Assembly (NCBI GenBank): GCA_963745075.1
Contig: CAVUWV010000001.1
Coordinates: 346,240-410,239, forward strand
Direction of reading: 5' to 3'
Source: Candidatus Hydrogenedentota bacterium
GTDB lineage: Bacteria > Hydrogenedentota > Hydrogenedentia > Hydrogenedentales > SLHB01
Length of the DNA stretch: 64,000 nt
Shown here: positions 39,565 to 49,690 of the stretch, in pieces
How positions within the stretch are numbered: position 1 is the first letter of the stretch
Layout of the letters: each line of letters starts with the position of its first letter
Translations under genes and position numbers: made by a program
The notes under the pieces: generated by a model
The model's database searches: none
The model's input: the letters and a program-made list of their open reading frames with translations, nothing else
What the model was told of the DNA's origin: nothing

Positions 39565-40920
39565 ATGCGTATTCTGGTAATCGACGACGACTCGGGTCTT
39601 TGCCGATCCATGCAGATTCACTTGGAGCGGCAGGGCCATGCGGTTACGACGGCGCAAACGGCTCATGACGCACTCGAGCGGTTTAGTGCGGTGAATCCGG
39701 AAGTGACCTTCGTCGATCTGAATCTTCCCGACATCTCCGGTTTGGACATAATTAGAAAGCTTAAGGAGCAGGGAAGTGAGACGCTTGCCGTTATGATCAC
39801 GGGTGAGCAGGACGCCAATGCGACTATCCAGGCCATTCGGCTGGGCGCGTTCGACTATATCCGCAAGCCCCTGGACCTCGATGCGATTCTCGTAACGCTG
39901 GAAAAGGCGGCCCAGGATTTGACGCGGCGGAAGGTCGAACCTTCCCTCGTGGCGGAAACGGGCGACGCACGAACGGAATTGGTTGGAGCCGATCCGTTGA
40001 TTATTGACGTGCTCAAACAAGTTGCCGTTCTGAGCGACAGCCGGGTCCCGGTTCTGATCCAGGGCGAGAGCGGGACCGGCAAAGAGTTGGTGGCTCGCGC
40101 GCTTCACGATACTGCCGGTGCGGGCGCGCCTTTCGTGGCCGTCAATTGCTCGGCGGTGGTTCCGACGCTGCTGGAGAGCGAGCTGTTCGGCCATGAGAAG
40201 GGCGCGTTTACCGGGGCGGATGCAACAAAAGTGGGCAAATTGGAACATGCGGACGAGGGGACGGTGTTTCTGGATGAGATAGGAGATATGTCTCTCGAAC
40301 TGCAGGCGAAGCTGCTTCGCGCGTTGCAAGAGCGTGAGTTTGAACGCGTTGGGGGAACGCGCGCGATTCCGTTCCGGGCGCGCGTCGTGGCCGCTACCCA
40401 TCGGGATTTGCAGGCGATGGTGGCAAAAGAAGAATTCCGTCAGGATTTGTACTACCGGTTGGCGGTATCGACGATCGACGTTCCGCCGTTGCGGGAACGC
40501 CGCGGCGATATTCCGTTGATCGTGAAACATCTGCTGGCCAAGAACGCGATCGAGCTGCACCGCAACGTCACGGGCATTGAGGAGACTGCCCTTCGCGCAT
40601 TGCGAGCCTACGAATGGCCGGGGAACGTGCGAGAACTGTCGAACGTGCTGGTCCGGGCAATCCTTCTTGCCCGTTCCGAAACGTTGTCGGCAGGGGAGAT
40701 TCTTGCGGCCATGGGGCATGGCATCGAGCGGTTCGCGGATCCCAGCGACATTCGCCCGCTTCGCGAGGTTGAAAAGGACTATGTCGAAAAAGCCTTGAAC
40801 GCGACGGGCTGGAACATTTCGCGCACGGCGGAACTTCTCGATATTTCGCGCGTGACGCTGCGCAAGAAGATCGCGGACTATGAAATCCACTCGCCGGCCG
40901 GCAAGAAGCGGCTGGTTTGA
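39565..40920 (+). CDS. sigma-54-dependent Fis-family response regulator (NtrC/ZraR-like)
   Basis: Receiver domain (MRILVIDDD...D), AAA+ sigma-54 activation domain with GESGTGKE Walker A and the GAFTGA sigma-54 contact motif. C-terminal Fis HTH. Confidence 0.9.
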   Translation: MRILVIDDDSGLCRSMQIHLERQGHAVTTAQTAHDALERFSAVNPEVTFVDLNLPDISGLDIIRKLKEQGSETLAVMITGEQDANATIQAIRLGAFDYIRKPLDLDAILVTLEKAAQDLTRRKVEPSLVAETGDARTELVGADPLIIDVLKQVAVLSDSRVPVLIQGESGTGKELVARALHDTAGAGAPFVAVNCSAVVPTLLESELFGHEKGAFTGADATKVGKLEHADEGTVFLDEIGDMSLELQAKLLRALQEREFERVGGTRAIPFRARVVAATHRDLQAMVAKEEFRQDLYYRLAVSTIDVPPLRERRGDIPLIVKHLLAKNAIELHRNVTGIEETALRALRAYEWPGNVRELSNVLVRAILLARSETLSAGEILAAMGHGIERFADPSDIRPLREVEKDYVEKALNATGWNISRTAELLDISRVTLRKKIADYEIHSPAGKKRLV

Positions 40921-41033
40921 TTCAATCTAACCGAAATTTCGTCTGCAAGGCAGAAGAATTCTTTGTCAACGCCGATTCCGGCTTTCCCCTCCACGCCGGC
41001 CGACGCTGACCTCGTTAACAGGAGGTAGTCGTT

Positions 41034-41681
41034 ATGAAGAAGTTTATAGGCGCTCTAGTTGTCATTTGCATAGTGGTTGTTCTGGGGCTCGTCGTCTTCG
41101 TTTATTCCGGCGTGTACAACATTGCGGCGACATCGCACCACACCGCGCCGGTTTACTGGATGGTGAACACGATGACGGATCGGTCGATCGAGTCGCACGC
41201 GCAGGGGATCACGGCGCCGAATCTCGAGGGCGACGATACGCTACGGCTGGGGCTGGAGCATTACAACGAGATGTGCGTCACGTGTCACGGTGCGCCCGGA
41301 GTCTCACCCGCGGAACTTGCGAGCGGAATGTATCCGCTTCCGCCCATCCTCTCGGCGGAACCGACGGACATGACGTCATCCGAACTCTATTGGGTCATCA
41401 AGAACGGCATCAAGATGACGGGCATGCCGGCCTTCGGACCGACCCACAGCGATGACAAGATTTGGGCCATGGTGTCGGTGGTGGAGAAGTTGCCGCAGTG
41501 GAGCCCGGAGGAGTTCGCGCAGCAGGTGAAATCCGTCGGTTTGGAGATGCCCCAAACGGGCGATGAAGACGAATCCGCGGAGCACCATCACGACGAAACC
41601 GCGGAAGGGAATGCCGGTTCGGCGACTGCACGAGCAGGAAGCCGAGCACCCGGGAACCAGTCAAGGCAATGGGTAAAATGA
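41034..41681 (+). CDS. mono-haem c-type cytochrome with N-terminal membrane anchor and His-rich tail
   Basis: CVTCH haem-binding motif. AGGAGG RBS. C-terminal AEHHHDE. Confidence 0.7.
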   Translation: MKKFIGALVVICIVVVLGLVVFVYSGVYNIAATSHHTAPVYWMVNTMTDRSIESHAQGITAPNLEGDDTLRLGLEHYNEMCVTCHGAPGVSPAELASGMYPLPPILSAEPTDMTSSELYWVIKNGIKMTGMPAFGPTHSDDKIWAMVSVVEKLPQWSPEEFAQQVKSVGLEMPQTGDEDESAEHHHDETAEGNAGSATARAGSRAPGNQSRQWVK

Positions 41682-41686
41682 TTGTG

Positions 41687-41723
41687 AAAATCCCGTGCGA
41701 GTGTATGCTCTCGCACGGGATTT
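41687..41723. terminator. bidirectional hairpin (perfect 14-bp stem)
   Basis: aaatcccgtgcgag-tgtatgc-ctcgcacgggattt, between convergent cytochrome c and YHS-repeat genes. Confidence 0.5.
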
Positions 41724-41766
41724 GCGTCACGTAGGTCTTATTCCGGCGTAATCGTCCCGTCTTGTT

Positions 41767-42420
41767 CTATCGATTTCGGTTGTCGTCAATCATTTGGAGA
41801 TACTTGGCCGGATTCTCTGCAACTTTCTTGATGCAACCTTTACAGCAGAGGCGAACGAGCCGGTTGCCGACCACGTACTCGATCGGTTCGCCCATGTCGC
41901 CGCCCAGCTTGTCTCCGGACACGACACAAGTATCCAGAGGGTAATTGCTCTTCTGCTTATCAATGACGGCTTGGTCCAAGGTTTTTCGGTACTCGGCCGG
42001 GTTCTTTTCGTACTTGGGTAGGCAGCCCTTGCAGCAGAAGCGGACCAGCGTGTTGCCGTCGATGTAGTCGATCGGCTTGCCCATATCCGCGAGTTTTTCA
42101 CCGCTGACCACGCAGGTATCCAGGGGGTAGTTGGGCGTTTGCGCAGCGATCAGTTTTGCCTCGATTTGTGCATCGTACTTCGCACGGTCGGCCTCATATT
42201 TCGCGGGACAGCCGCCGCAGCAGAACTTGATCTCTTTTCCGTCATAGACCTTTACTACCGGTTCGCCCATGGCGCCAAATGCCTCACCGGATACCGGGCA
42301 CGTGGACAGCAAGTACGGCGTTGGCGCCGGGGATTCTGCGGCGGCGACACCCACCGATCCTCCGACGAAGGCAAGCCCGACGGCCATACGGGCGAGTAGT
42401 TTTGCTATAGAACGTTTCAT
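41767..42420 (-). CDS. periplasmic protein with three tandem YHS/TRASH-like metal-binding repeats
   Basis: Signal peptide, then three repeats of YPLDTCVVSGEKL...G.P..Y.DG..VRFCCKGC..KY...P..Y (YHS-like, with CxVSG replacing CGM). GGAGG RBS. Confidence 0.65.
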   Translation of the reverse strand: MKRSIAKLLARMAVGLAFVGGSVGVAAAESPAPTPYLLSTCPVSGEAFGAMGEPVVKVYDGKEIKFCCGGCPAKYEADRAKYDAQIEAKLIAAQTPNYPLDTCVVSGEKLADMGKPIDYIDGNTLVRFCCKGCLPKYEKNPAEYRKTLDQAVIDKQKSNYPLDTCVVSGDKLGGDMGEPIEYVVGNRLVRLCCKGCIKKVAENPAKYLQMIDDNRNR

Positions 42421-42488
42421 TTTTGGACCTCCACCTAGGGTTATGTTGACGCCGCAGTCGCACGTCGGCGCTTAGCAGCATGTGGAGA

Positions 42489-42503
42489 GCAATCGCCGTG
42501 CCA
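42489..42503 (-). promoter_or_regulatory. sigma-54 (-24/-12) promoter for YHS-repeat gene
   Basis: Minus-strand reading cTGGCACGgcgaTTGCTc, with exact GG-N10-GC spacing, ~70 nt upstream of ATG 42420. Confidence 0.55.
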
Positions 42504-43058
42504 GTAAGTGCAGGGTGCGCAAGGGGCGAAGCCAGGGCCGCGAAAGCATTTTTTCGGGGATACAGTGGTCACTTGAGCGTACCGAGTTCTCGAGCCACAA
42601 AGCGATGCAGGCTGGCGCGAATCCGTGCATTGCCGAGTGATTTCGGCATCGCGCGCATTTTCGTGCGGCCTCGAACTTGGTAGGAAGCATCGCGGTATTC
42701 AGCCGAAAGCCCAAGAAGGCTGAAAATAGGCCAAAATCGGTGCGGGAGAACTCGGTACTCTCAAGGTGGTCAGTATTGCGTCTTTCGATGGACAGAAGCT
42801 GATCACTTGGGAGGATCTAATCTGGTGGGGACTTTGCGTCAGAAAAACATGCTCAATTCGACCGGGGTCGTACGCGATGACCCGTGCTGGCCGTCCGAAT
42901 TGGCGATTTCGTTACGTCGGGCGAAGCAAACGGTTCTTTGTGTCCGAGGCCGTGGACTGGTTTGGGTTGGGGGCGGCGTAGTGGTAATGTAAATGGGCTG
43001 GGATCAATAGGTTGGCAATAGGTTTCTTTCGGCCGGGTTCAATTATCGCAGTAGTCAC

Positions 43059-43074
43059 TGGCATCGGACTTGCT
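43059..43074 (+). promoter_or_regulatory. sigma-54 (-24/-12) promoter for cusB-like operon
   Basis: cacTGGCATcggacTTGCTttgcg with canonical spacing, ~105 nt upstream of ATG 43179. Divergent from the promoter at 42489-42503, with ~550 bp between them. Confidence 0.45.
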
Positions 43075-43178
43075 TTGCGAAGACCCACAAGTACCCATTC
43101 ACCCGGTACGTTATTCGAGTACGAAATGAGTGAAGTGCACGCATTACTGGCTCCACGGTCACGAAGGCAGAAACCCTT

Positions 43179-45647
43179 ATGAGCAAAGATGGCATACGGA
43201 CTCGATTCAAGCATATCTCTCGACGGGATCGATTTGCGCTGGCGATCGGGATTGTCGTGGTCATTCTTCTCGTCGGTATTGTCACCGGTTACTGGCTTGG
43301 GCATCGATCCGGTGAAGCGGCGCCTGGCAAAGGAACGGAAGCCGCTGCCGAAGGTCAGGCGAAGAAGACGCAATTCTGGACCTGCGCGATGCATCCTCAG
43401 ATTCGCCAGCCGGAACCCGGAAACTGTCCGATCTGCGGGATGGAGTTAATCCCGGTCTCGAGTGAATCCGGATCGGAAATGGCGGGTCTTCGAGAATTCC
43501 GTGCGAGTGAAGACGCCAAGCAGTTGATGCATATCGAGACGAGTCCGGTCGAGCGCAAGTTTGTGACCAAAGACGTTCGCCTGGTGGGAAAGATCGATTA
43601 CGACGAGACGCGGCTGAGCTATATCACGGCATGGATTCCGGGACGTTTCGATCGATTGTATGTGGATTTTACGGGGATCGACGTTCGTAAGGGCGACCAT
43701 ATGGTTTCCCTGTATAGTCCCGAGTTACTGACCGCGCAGGAAGAACTCCGGCGGACGTTGGAAGCGCTGAAGAATATGCGGCCCGGCGCCCCCGAGGTGC
43801 TTCGGGAAACCGCCAAGGCAACGCTGGAGGCGGCCCGTGCGAAGTTGCGGCGATGGGGCCTTACCGACGAACAGATTGCGGACGCCGAAAAGAATGGGGT
43901 TTCTTCCGACCACGCGACGATCTACGCGCCGATCAGTGGCACGGTGATCGTTCGGAACGGCCAGGAAGGGATGTACGTGCAGGAAGGAACGCGGATCTAC
44001 ACGCTTGCGGACCTTTCGAGCGTGTGGGTCAAGCTGGACGCGTACGAATCCGATTTACCGTGGCTGCACTATGGGCAGCGCGTTTCGTTTACGACGGAAG
44101 CGTATCCCGGCGAGGAGTTCGACGGCCGGATTTCGTTTATCGAGCCGGTACTCGATGCGACGACGCGGACGGTCAAGGTGCGGGTGAATGTTGCGAATCC
44201 GGACGGACGATTGAAACCGGAGATGTTTGTGCGTTCGGAAGTTCGAGCGCAGGTGGCGACGGGCGGACGCGTCATGGACCCGAGTCTGGCGGGCAAGTGG
44301 ATCTGCCCGATGCATCCGGAGGTGATTGAAGACAAACCGGGTACGTGCGAGATTTGCGGCATGCAGCTTGTCAAAGCCAAAGATCTGGGCTACGTGTCCG
44401 CGCAGCCGAATGACGAAGATATGCCCTTGGTCATTCCTGCGTCGGCGGCGCTGGTTACCGGGACGCGCGCGATTGTCTACGTGGAGAAGCCGGACACCGA
44501 AGTGCCCACCTACGATGGTCGTCAGATCGTTCTGGGTCCGAGGGCGGGAGACTATTACCTCGTTCGGGCAGGTTTGGAGGAAGGCGAGCGCGTGGTGACG
44601 CGGGGCAACTTCAAGATCGACAGCGCGCTGCAGATTCTGGCGAAGCCGAGCATGATGACGCCGGAAGGGGGCGGCGGTGGCGGCATGCACATGGCCGGTA
44701 TGGGCTCGGAGGCGAAAGGGGAGAGCACGGTCGCGATGAGAATCGATCCACGCACGGTGGAGCAGATTACGGCGCTCGAAGCGGCCGAGACGGTGTTGTC
44801 CGAGGCTGTGGCGGCGGACGACCACTCCGCGATTCCCGATGCCATTGAAGGCGTCAAGAGGGCGTTAAACGAGGTGGACATGTCGCTCCTGGCCGGCCAC
44901 GAGCATTTGGTCTGGATGGAATACTCGATGCGCTTGCACAACGACTTGGTCGAGATGGAAGGGACCAATACCCACGACGACTTGGCCAATCTGGTCAAGA
45001 CGATGGCGCATAATCTTTCGCAATTGCGCGACAAGCTTGGTATCCATGCGCCGGTCAAAGAGCCCTTTAACGCGCCGAAATTCGCGGTGCCGGATGCGTT
45101 CAAAAAACAACTCGGTGCGGTAAGTGATGCCTATTTGGGGATTACGTCCGCGCTGGCTAACGACGACGAGAAGGCGGCACACACGGCTGTGGAGGAGACC
45201 TTGCAGGCCTTGGGCGCGGTATCTGCCAAGAACCTTGAAGGAAAGGCGGCTGATGCCTGGGTGGAACAGTCCACGGAACTGGACCAGTGGCTGAAGGCGA
45301 TGCGGGACGCAAAGGACATCGACGGAATACGGTCGACGTTGGACGCGCTGACGGATTCGCTCGCCGATACGCTGGAGCTTTTTGATGAGACTCCCGAGCC
45401 GCCGATCTATGAAGTGCATTGCCCGATGGCGATGGAGGGTGAAGGCGGCAATTGGCTCCAGCGCGGCGCCGAAGTGCACAACCCTTACTTTGGACATATC
45501 ATGCCTACCTGCGGAACGGTCTTGCGGAAAGTGGGCGTGCATGATACCGACGACGGGGCAACGCCCACGCCGGCTCCCGGAGATAGAATACAAGCTGCAC
45601 CGATGACGGATACCGATGCCCATGCGGGAGCGATGTCTCATGAGTGA
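43179..45647 (+). CDS. efflux RND periplasmic adaptor (CusB/CzcB-like) with two HMBD metal-binding motifs and a ~340-aa C-terminal DUF3347-like extension
   Basis: WTCAMHPQIRQPEPGNCPICGM and WICPMHPEVIEDKPGTCEICGM heavy-metal-binding-domain motifs. MFP barrel-sandwich and beta-barrel regions. C-terminal helical domain (LANDDEKAAHTAVEE...) ending in HCPMAMEG. Confidence 0.8.
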   Translation: MSKDGIRTRFKHISRRDRFALAIGIVVVILLVGIVTGYWLGHRSGEAAPGKGTEAAAEGQAKKTQFWTCAMHPQIRQPEPGNCPICGMELIPVSSESGSEMAGLREFRASEDAKQLMHIETSPVERKFVTKDVRLVGKIDYDETRLSYITAWIPGRFDRLYVDFTGIDVRKGDHMVSLYSPELLTAQEELRRTLEALKNMRPGAPEVLRETAKATLEAARAKLRRWGLTDEQIADAEKNGVSSDHATIYAPISGTVIVRNGQEGMYVQEGTRIYTLADLSSVWVKLDAYESDLPWLHYGQRVSFTTEAYPGEEFDGRISFIEPVLDATTRTVKVRVNVANPDGRLKPEMFVRSEVRAQVATGGRVMDPSLAGKWICPMHPEVIEDKPGTCEICGMQLVKAKDLGYVSAQPNDEDMPLVIPASAALVTGTRAIVYVEKPDTEVPTYDGRQIVLGPRAGDYYLVRAGLEEGERVVTRGNFKIDSALQILAKPSMMTPEGGGGGGMHMAGMGSEAKGESTVAMRIDPRTVEQITALEAAETVLSEAVAADDHSAIPDAIEGVKRALNEVDMSLLAGHEHLVWMEYSMRLHNDLVEMEGTNTHDDLANLVKTMAHNLSQLRDKLGIHAPVKEPFNAPKFAVPDAFKKQLGAVSDAYLGITSALANDDEKAAHTAVEETLQALGAVSAKNLEGKAADAWVEQSTELDQWLKAMRDAKDIDGIRSTLDALTDSLADTLELFDETPEPPIYEVHCPMAMEGEGGNWLQRGAEVHNPYFGHIMPTCGTVLRKVGVHDTDDGATPTPAPGDRIQAAPMTDTDAHAGAMSHE

Positions 45648-48600
45648 GCCGCACCCGGACGAGAACATCAACACGCATGAGTTATCGTTGATCGACAAGG
45701 TCATCTGGTTTTGCCTCAACAACAAGCTTGTCGTTGGTCTCCTTATCGTGTTCGTCGTTGTGTGGGGCATACTCGTGGCCCCGTTCGACTGGGAAATTAA
45801 CTGGCTTCCGCGAAACCCGGTGGCCGTCGATGCCATTCCCGACATCGGCGAGAATCAGCAGATTGTCTTCACGGAATGGATGGGACGGTCGCCGCAAGAC
45901 GTAGAGGACCAAATCACCTACCCGCTGACCGTGTCGCTATTGGGAATCCCCGGTGTCAAGACGATCCGGTCCTCCTCGTTTTTCGGATTCTCTTCCGTTT
46001 ACATCATCTTCAAGGAGAACGTGGAGTTTTATTGGTCGCGGAGCCGCGTCCTCGAGAAACTGAACAGCCTTCCAGCCGGAACGCTGCCCGAGGGGGTGCA
46101 GCCCATGCTGGGCCCCGACGCCACGGCGCTTGGCCAAGTCTATTGGTACACCCTCGAAGGGCGGGATCCGGACGGTCGCCCTGCGGGAGGGTGGGACCTC
46201 GCAGAACTGCGGAGCGTCCAGGACTGGTACGTGCGGTATTCGCTTCAATCGGCGGACGGCGTCAGCGAGGTCGCTTCGGTGGGAGGCTTCGTTCAGGAGT
46301 ACCAGATCGACGTGGACCCGGACGCGATGCGGGCGGATCACGTGACGCTCGACGAGGTGTTCATGGCGGTGCGGTCGTCCAACCTGGACGTGGGCGCCCG
46401 AACCATCGAACTCAATGACGTCGAGTACATCATTCGCGGTCTTGGATTCATCAAGAGTTTGGCGGATATCGAAGAGTCCGTCATCAAGGTCAACGACAAC
46501 GTCCCGATTCGGATAAAGGATGTAGCCCACGTATCCCTGGGGCCGGCGTTGCGACGGGGCGCCCTGGATAAGGAAGGCGCCGAAGCTGTGGGGGCGGTGG
46601 CGGTCGTACGGTACGGCAGCAATCCCCTGGCGGCCATCAAGAACATCAAAGCGAAGATAGGCGAGATCGCGCCTGGCCTCCCTATCAAGGCGGTAGTTGA
46701 CAACGAGAAGGTGGACCGCGCCGAAGTCGAGCGTTTTGCCGAAGCCCACGGCTTCCAAGCGTACGCCGATGTGGGATTGAATCAGAAGGACTGGATGGCG
46801 TGGCTGCGATCGACGGACCGGCAGGAATGGCCGGACTGGATCACGACCAGCCAAGTCACGATCGTTCCATTCTACGATCGAACGGGGCTCATTTACGAGA
46901 CCCTGGGCACATTGAACGAGGCCTTGCTGCTGGAAATTCTCGTCACGATCATCGTCGTGATCGTGATGGTTCGTCATCTACCGAGTTCGATACTGATTAG
47001 CGGATTGTTGCCGCTGGCCGTGCTCATGTGCTTCATCGCCATGAAAGTTTTCGGGGTCGATGCGAACGTTGTGGCGCTTTCGGGAATCGCGATTGCCATC
47101 GGCACGATGGTCGACATGGGGGTCGTGATCTGCGAAAACATCCTGAGAAAGCTCGACGAACTCGAACCGGGAAAGAGCCGGCTCCGCGCCGTCTTCGACG
47201 CGGCCAGCGAAGTCGGCAGTGCCGTCACCACGGCAGTTTCCACCACGGTCGTCAGTTTCCTGCCGGTTTTCACGATGACGGCGGCCGAAGGGAAACTCTT
47301 CAAGCCGCTGGCCTTTACCAAGACTTTCGCTCTCATCTCGTCCGTTATTGTCGCGCTGGTTATCATTCCGCCGGCGGCGCACCTTATTATGGGAAGCAAC
47401 TTCCGCTCGGTCCGTTTGCGGACGGGACTTCTCCTGGCAACGGTTTTCGCTGGTTTTGCGCTGCTGTTTTACGCGCCCTGGTGGGTCGGGGCTATCGTGA
47501 TTGCTTTTGCCGGCTATCAACTTACCCGGAGCTATCTGCCACCAAGACTCGCGTTGGCGGGACCGTGGATTGCGAATGGATTGGCCTTGGCATGCATTGT
47601 CACGATCTTAACGCAACAATGGGAACCGCTTGGTCCGGAGCGTGGCGTCATACGCAATCTTGCGTTCGTCGTATTGATCACCGGCGGTTTGTTGGGTTTC
47701 TTTCAGATATTTCAACATACCTATCCGACGATTCTGCGCTGGTGTTTGAACCATAAGCTGAGCTATTTATCCCTGATCGTTGTCATTATCGCGACGGGGT
47801 TCTCGGCCTGGCTGGGCTTTGACACCGTTTTTGGGTTCATTCCCCAAGGGGCCGGGAAAGTGGGGGTGTCGCCGGGGACCATCCGGAACTCGAGCCCGTG
47901 GCAGATCGCGTCCAGAACGTTTCCCGGGTTCGGTAAGGAGTTCATGCCGCCGCTCGATGAAGGCTCGTATCTCTACATGCCGACGACGATGCCACACGCC
48001 TCGATTGGCGAAGCCATGGATGTATTGCAGACGCAGGATAAGGCCCTGGCCTCCGTGCCCGAGATCGAGTCCGTGGTCGGAAAGATCGGCCGCGTTGACA
48101 GTCCCTTGGACCCGGCCCCCATATCCATGATCGAGACGGTGATCAACTATGTTCCGGAGTACATCACCGACAAAGACGGTCATCGAATGAGCTTTCGATA
48201 CGACACGAGCAAAGGCGAGTTCGTTCGCGATGAGAGAGGAGAATTGATACCGGACCCGGACGGGCGACCGTTCCGTCAGTGGCGCGACGCGATCCGTACG
48301 CCGGACGACATCTGGAAGGAGATTGTTGATGCCGCCGAGATTCCGGGTACAACATCGGCGCCCAAGTTGCAGCCCATCGCCGCGCGAATCGTCATGCTCC
48401 AGAGCGGCATGCGCGCCCCGATGGGCGTGAAGATAAAAGGCCCCGATCTCGAGACGATTGAAGGAGTGGGGTTGGATATCGAGCGGTTCTTGAAAGAGGT
48501 ACCAAGCGTAAAACCCAGCGCGGTCATTGCGGATCGGATCGTTGGAAAGCCGTACCTGGAAATCGCCATCGATCGCAAATCCATCGCGCGGTATGGAATC

Positions 48601-49599
48601 ACGATCAAGCGGATGCAAGACGTCATCGAAGTGGCCATTGGCGGGCGCAAGATTACGAACACGGTGGAGGGCCGAGAACGCTATCCGGTACGGGTGCGTT
48701 ACATGCGCGAATTGCGCGATCAAATCGAGACGATCGGCAAGATCCTCGTGCCGTCACCCACCGGCGCGCAGATTCCGATCGATCAGTTAGCCAAGATCCG
48801 ATACGTCCGGGGTCCCCAAGTTATCAAGAGCGAGGACACCTTCCTGACGGGGTACGTCTTGTTCGACAAGCAGCCGGACGCCGCGGAAGTGGACGTGGTC
48901 GAGGACTGCCAGCGCTATCTGAAAGAGAAGATCGCAAGTGGTGAGTTCAATCTTCCGCCCGGCGTGAGCTATACCTTTGCCGGCAGCTATGAAAACCAAG
49001 TGCGTTCGCAGAAAACGCTAGCTGTGGTGCTGCCGTTGTCGCTCTTCGTGATCTTTCTCATTCTTTATCTGCAATTTCGCTCGGTGGCGACTACGACCCT
49101 TGTGTTCTGCGGAATCGTGGTCGCCTGGGCGGGAGGGTTCATTCTGATCTGGCTGTATGGTCAACCCTGGTTTCTCGACTTCAGCCTGTTCGGCGTTAAT
49201 CTCCGAGAACTGTTCCAAGTCCATCCAATTAATTTGAGCGTCGCAATCTGGGTGGGATTCCTCGCCTTGTTCGGTATAGCGTCGGATGACGGGGTGATTA
49301 TCGCTACGTTCTTGGACCAGAGTTTTGCCGCTCGTCAGCCCGAGTCGATTTCGGAAATCCGGGAGGCGACGATCGTGGGCGCCAAGCGGCGAATTCGTCC
49401 GGCCCTCATGACGACGGGCACGACGATTCTGGCCTTGATTCCCGTATTAACATCCACCGGTCGAGGGTCTGACATCATGCTGCCCATGGCGATACCGTCT
49501 TTTGGTGGTATGTTGTTTGTGTTATTGACGGTCTATATGGTGCCCACGTTGTATTGCTGGGTCAAGGAAGCCCAATGGCGATCGCGGCGATCGCGTTAG
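45640..49599 (+). CDS. heavy-metal efflux RND transporter (CusA/CzcA family, long form)
   Basis: 12-TM RND architecture. Translation aligns to the CusA family throughout. ATG 45640 overlaps the adaptor gene stop by 8 nt. Confidence 0.9.
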   Translation: MSEPHPDENINTHELSLIDKVIWFCLNNKLVVGLLIVFVVVWGILVAPFDWEINWLPRNPVAVDAIPDIGENQQIVFTEWMGRSPQDVEDQITYPLTVSLLGIPGVKTIRSSSFFGFSSVYIIFKENVEFYWSRSRVLEKLNSLPAGTLPEGVQPMLGPDATALGQVYWYTLEGRDPDGRPAGGWDLAELRSVQDWYVRYSLQSADGVSEVASVGGFVQEYQIDVDPDAMRADHVTLDEVFMAVRSSNLDVGARTIELNDVEYIIRGLGFIKSLADIEESVIKVNDNVPIRIKDVAHVSLGPALRRGALDKEGAEAVGAVAVVRYGSNPLAAIKNIKAKIGEIAPGLPIKAVVDNEKVDRAEVERFAEAHGFQAYADVGLNQKDWMAWLRSTDRQEWPDWITTSQVTIVPFYDRTGLIYETLGTLNEALLLEILVTIIVVIVMVRHLPSSILISGLLPLAVLMCFIAMKVFGVDANVVALSGIAIAIGTMVDMGVVICENILRKLDELEPGKSRLRAVFDAASEVGSAVTTAVSTTVVSFLPVFTMTAAEGKLFKPLAFTKTFALISSVIVALVIIPPAAHLIMGSNFRSVRLRTGLLLATVFAGFALLFYAPWWVGAIVIAFAGYQLTRSYLPPRLALAGPWIANGLALACIVTILTQQWEPLGPERGVIRNLAFVVLITGGLLGFFQIFQHTYPTILRWCLNHKLSYLSLIVVIIATGFSAWLGFDTVFGFIPQGAGKVGVSPGTIRNSSPWQIASRTFPGFGKEFMPPLDEGSYLYMPTTMPHASIGEAMDVLQTQDKALASVPEIESVVGKIGRVDSPLDPAPISMIETVINYVPEYITDKDGHRMSFRYDTSKGEFVRDERGELIPDPDGRPFRQWRDAIRTPDDIWKEIVDAAEIPGTTSAPKLQPIAARIVMLQSGMRAPMGVKIKGPDLETIEGVGLDIERFLKEVPSVKPSAVIADRIVGKPYLEIAIDRKSIARYGITIKRMQDVIEVAIGGRKITNTVEGRERYPVRVRYMRELRDQIETIGKILVPSPTGAQIPIDQLAKIRYVRGPQVIKSEDTFLTGYVLFDKQPDAAEVDVVEDCQRYLKEKIASGEFNLPPGVSYTFAGSYENQVRSQKTLAVVLPLSLFVIFLILYLQFRSVATTTLVFCGIVVAWAGGFILIWLYGQPWFLDFSLFGVNLRELFQVHPINLSVAIWVGFLALFGIASDDGVIIATFLDQSFAARQPESISEIREATIVGAKRRIRPALMTTGTTILALIPVLTSTGRGSDIMLPMAIPSFGGMLFVLLTVYMVPTLYCWVKEAQWRSRRSR

Positions 49600-49690
49600 A
49601 ATGAACCTCGTTATTTGAGCAAAGGTTGTTATCCAACGGCGGCGACTCAATGGGAGCGGGGATGGATGAAGAGAGGAAGGGGTTAGAACC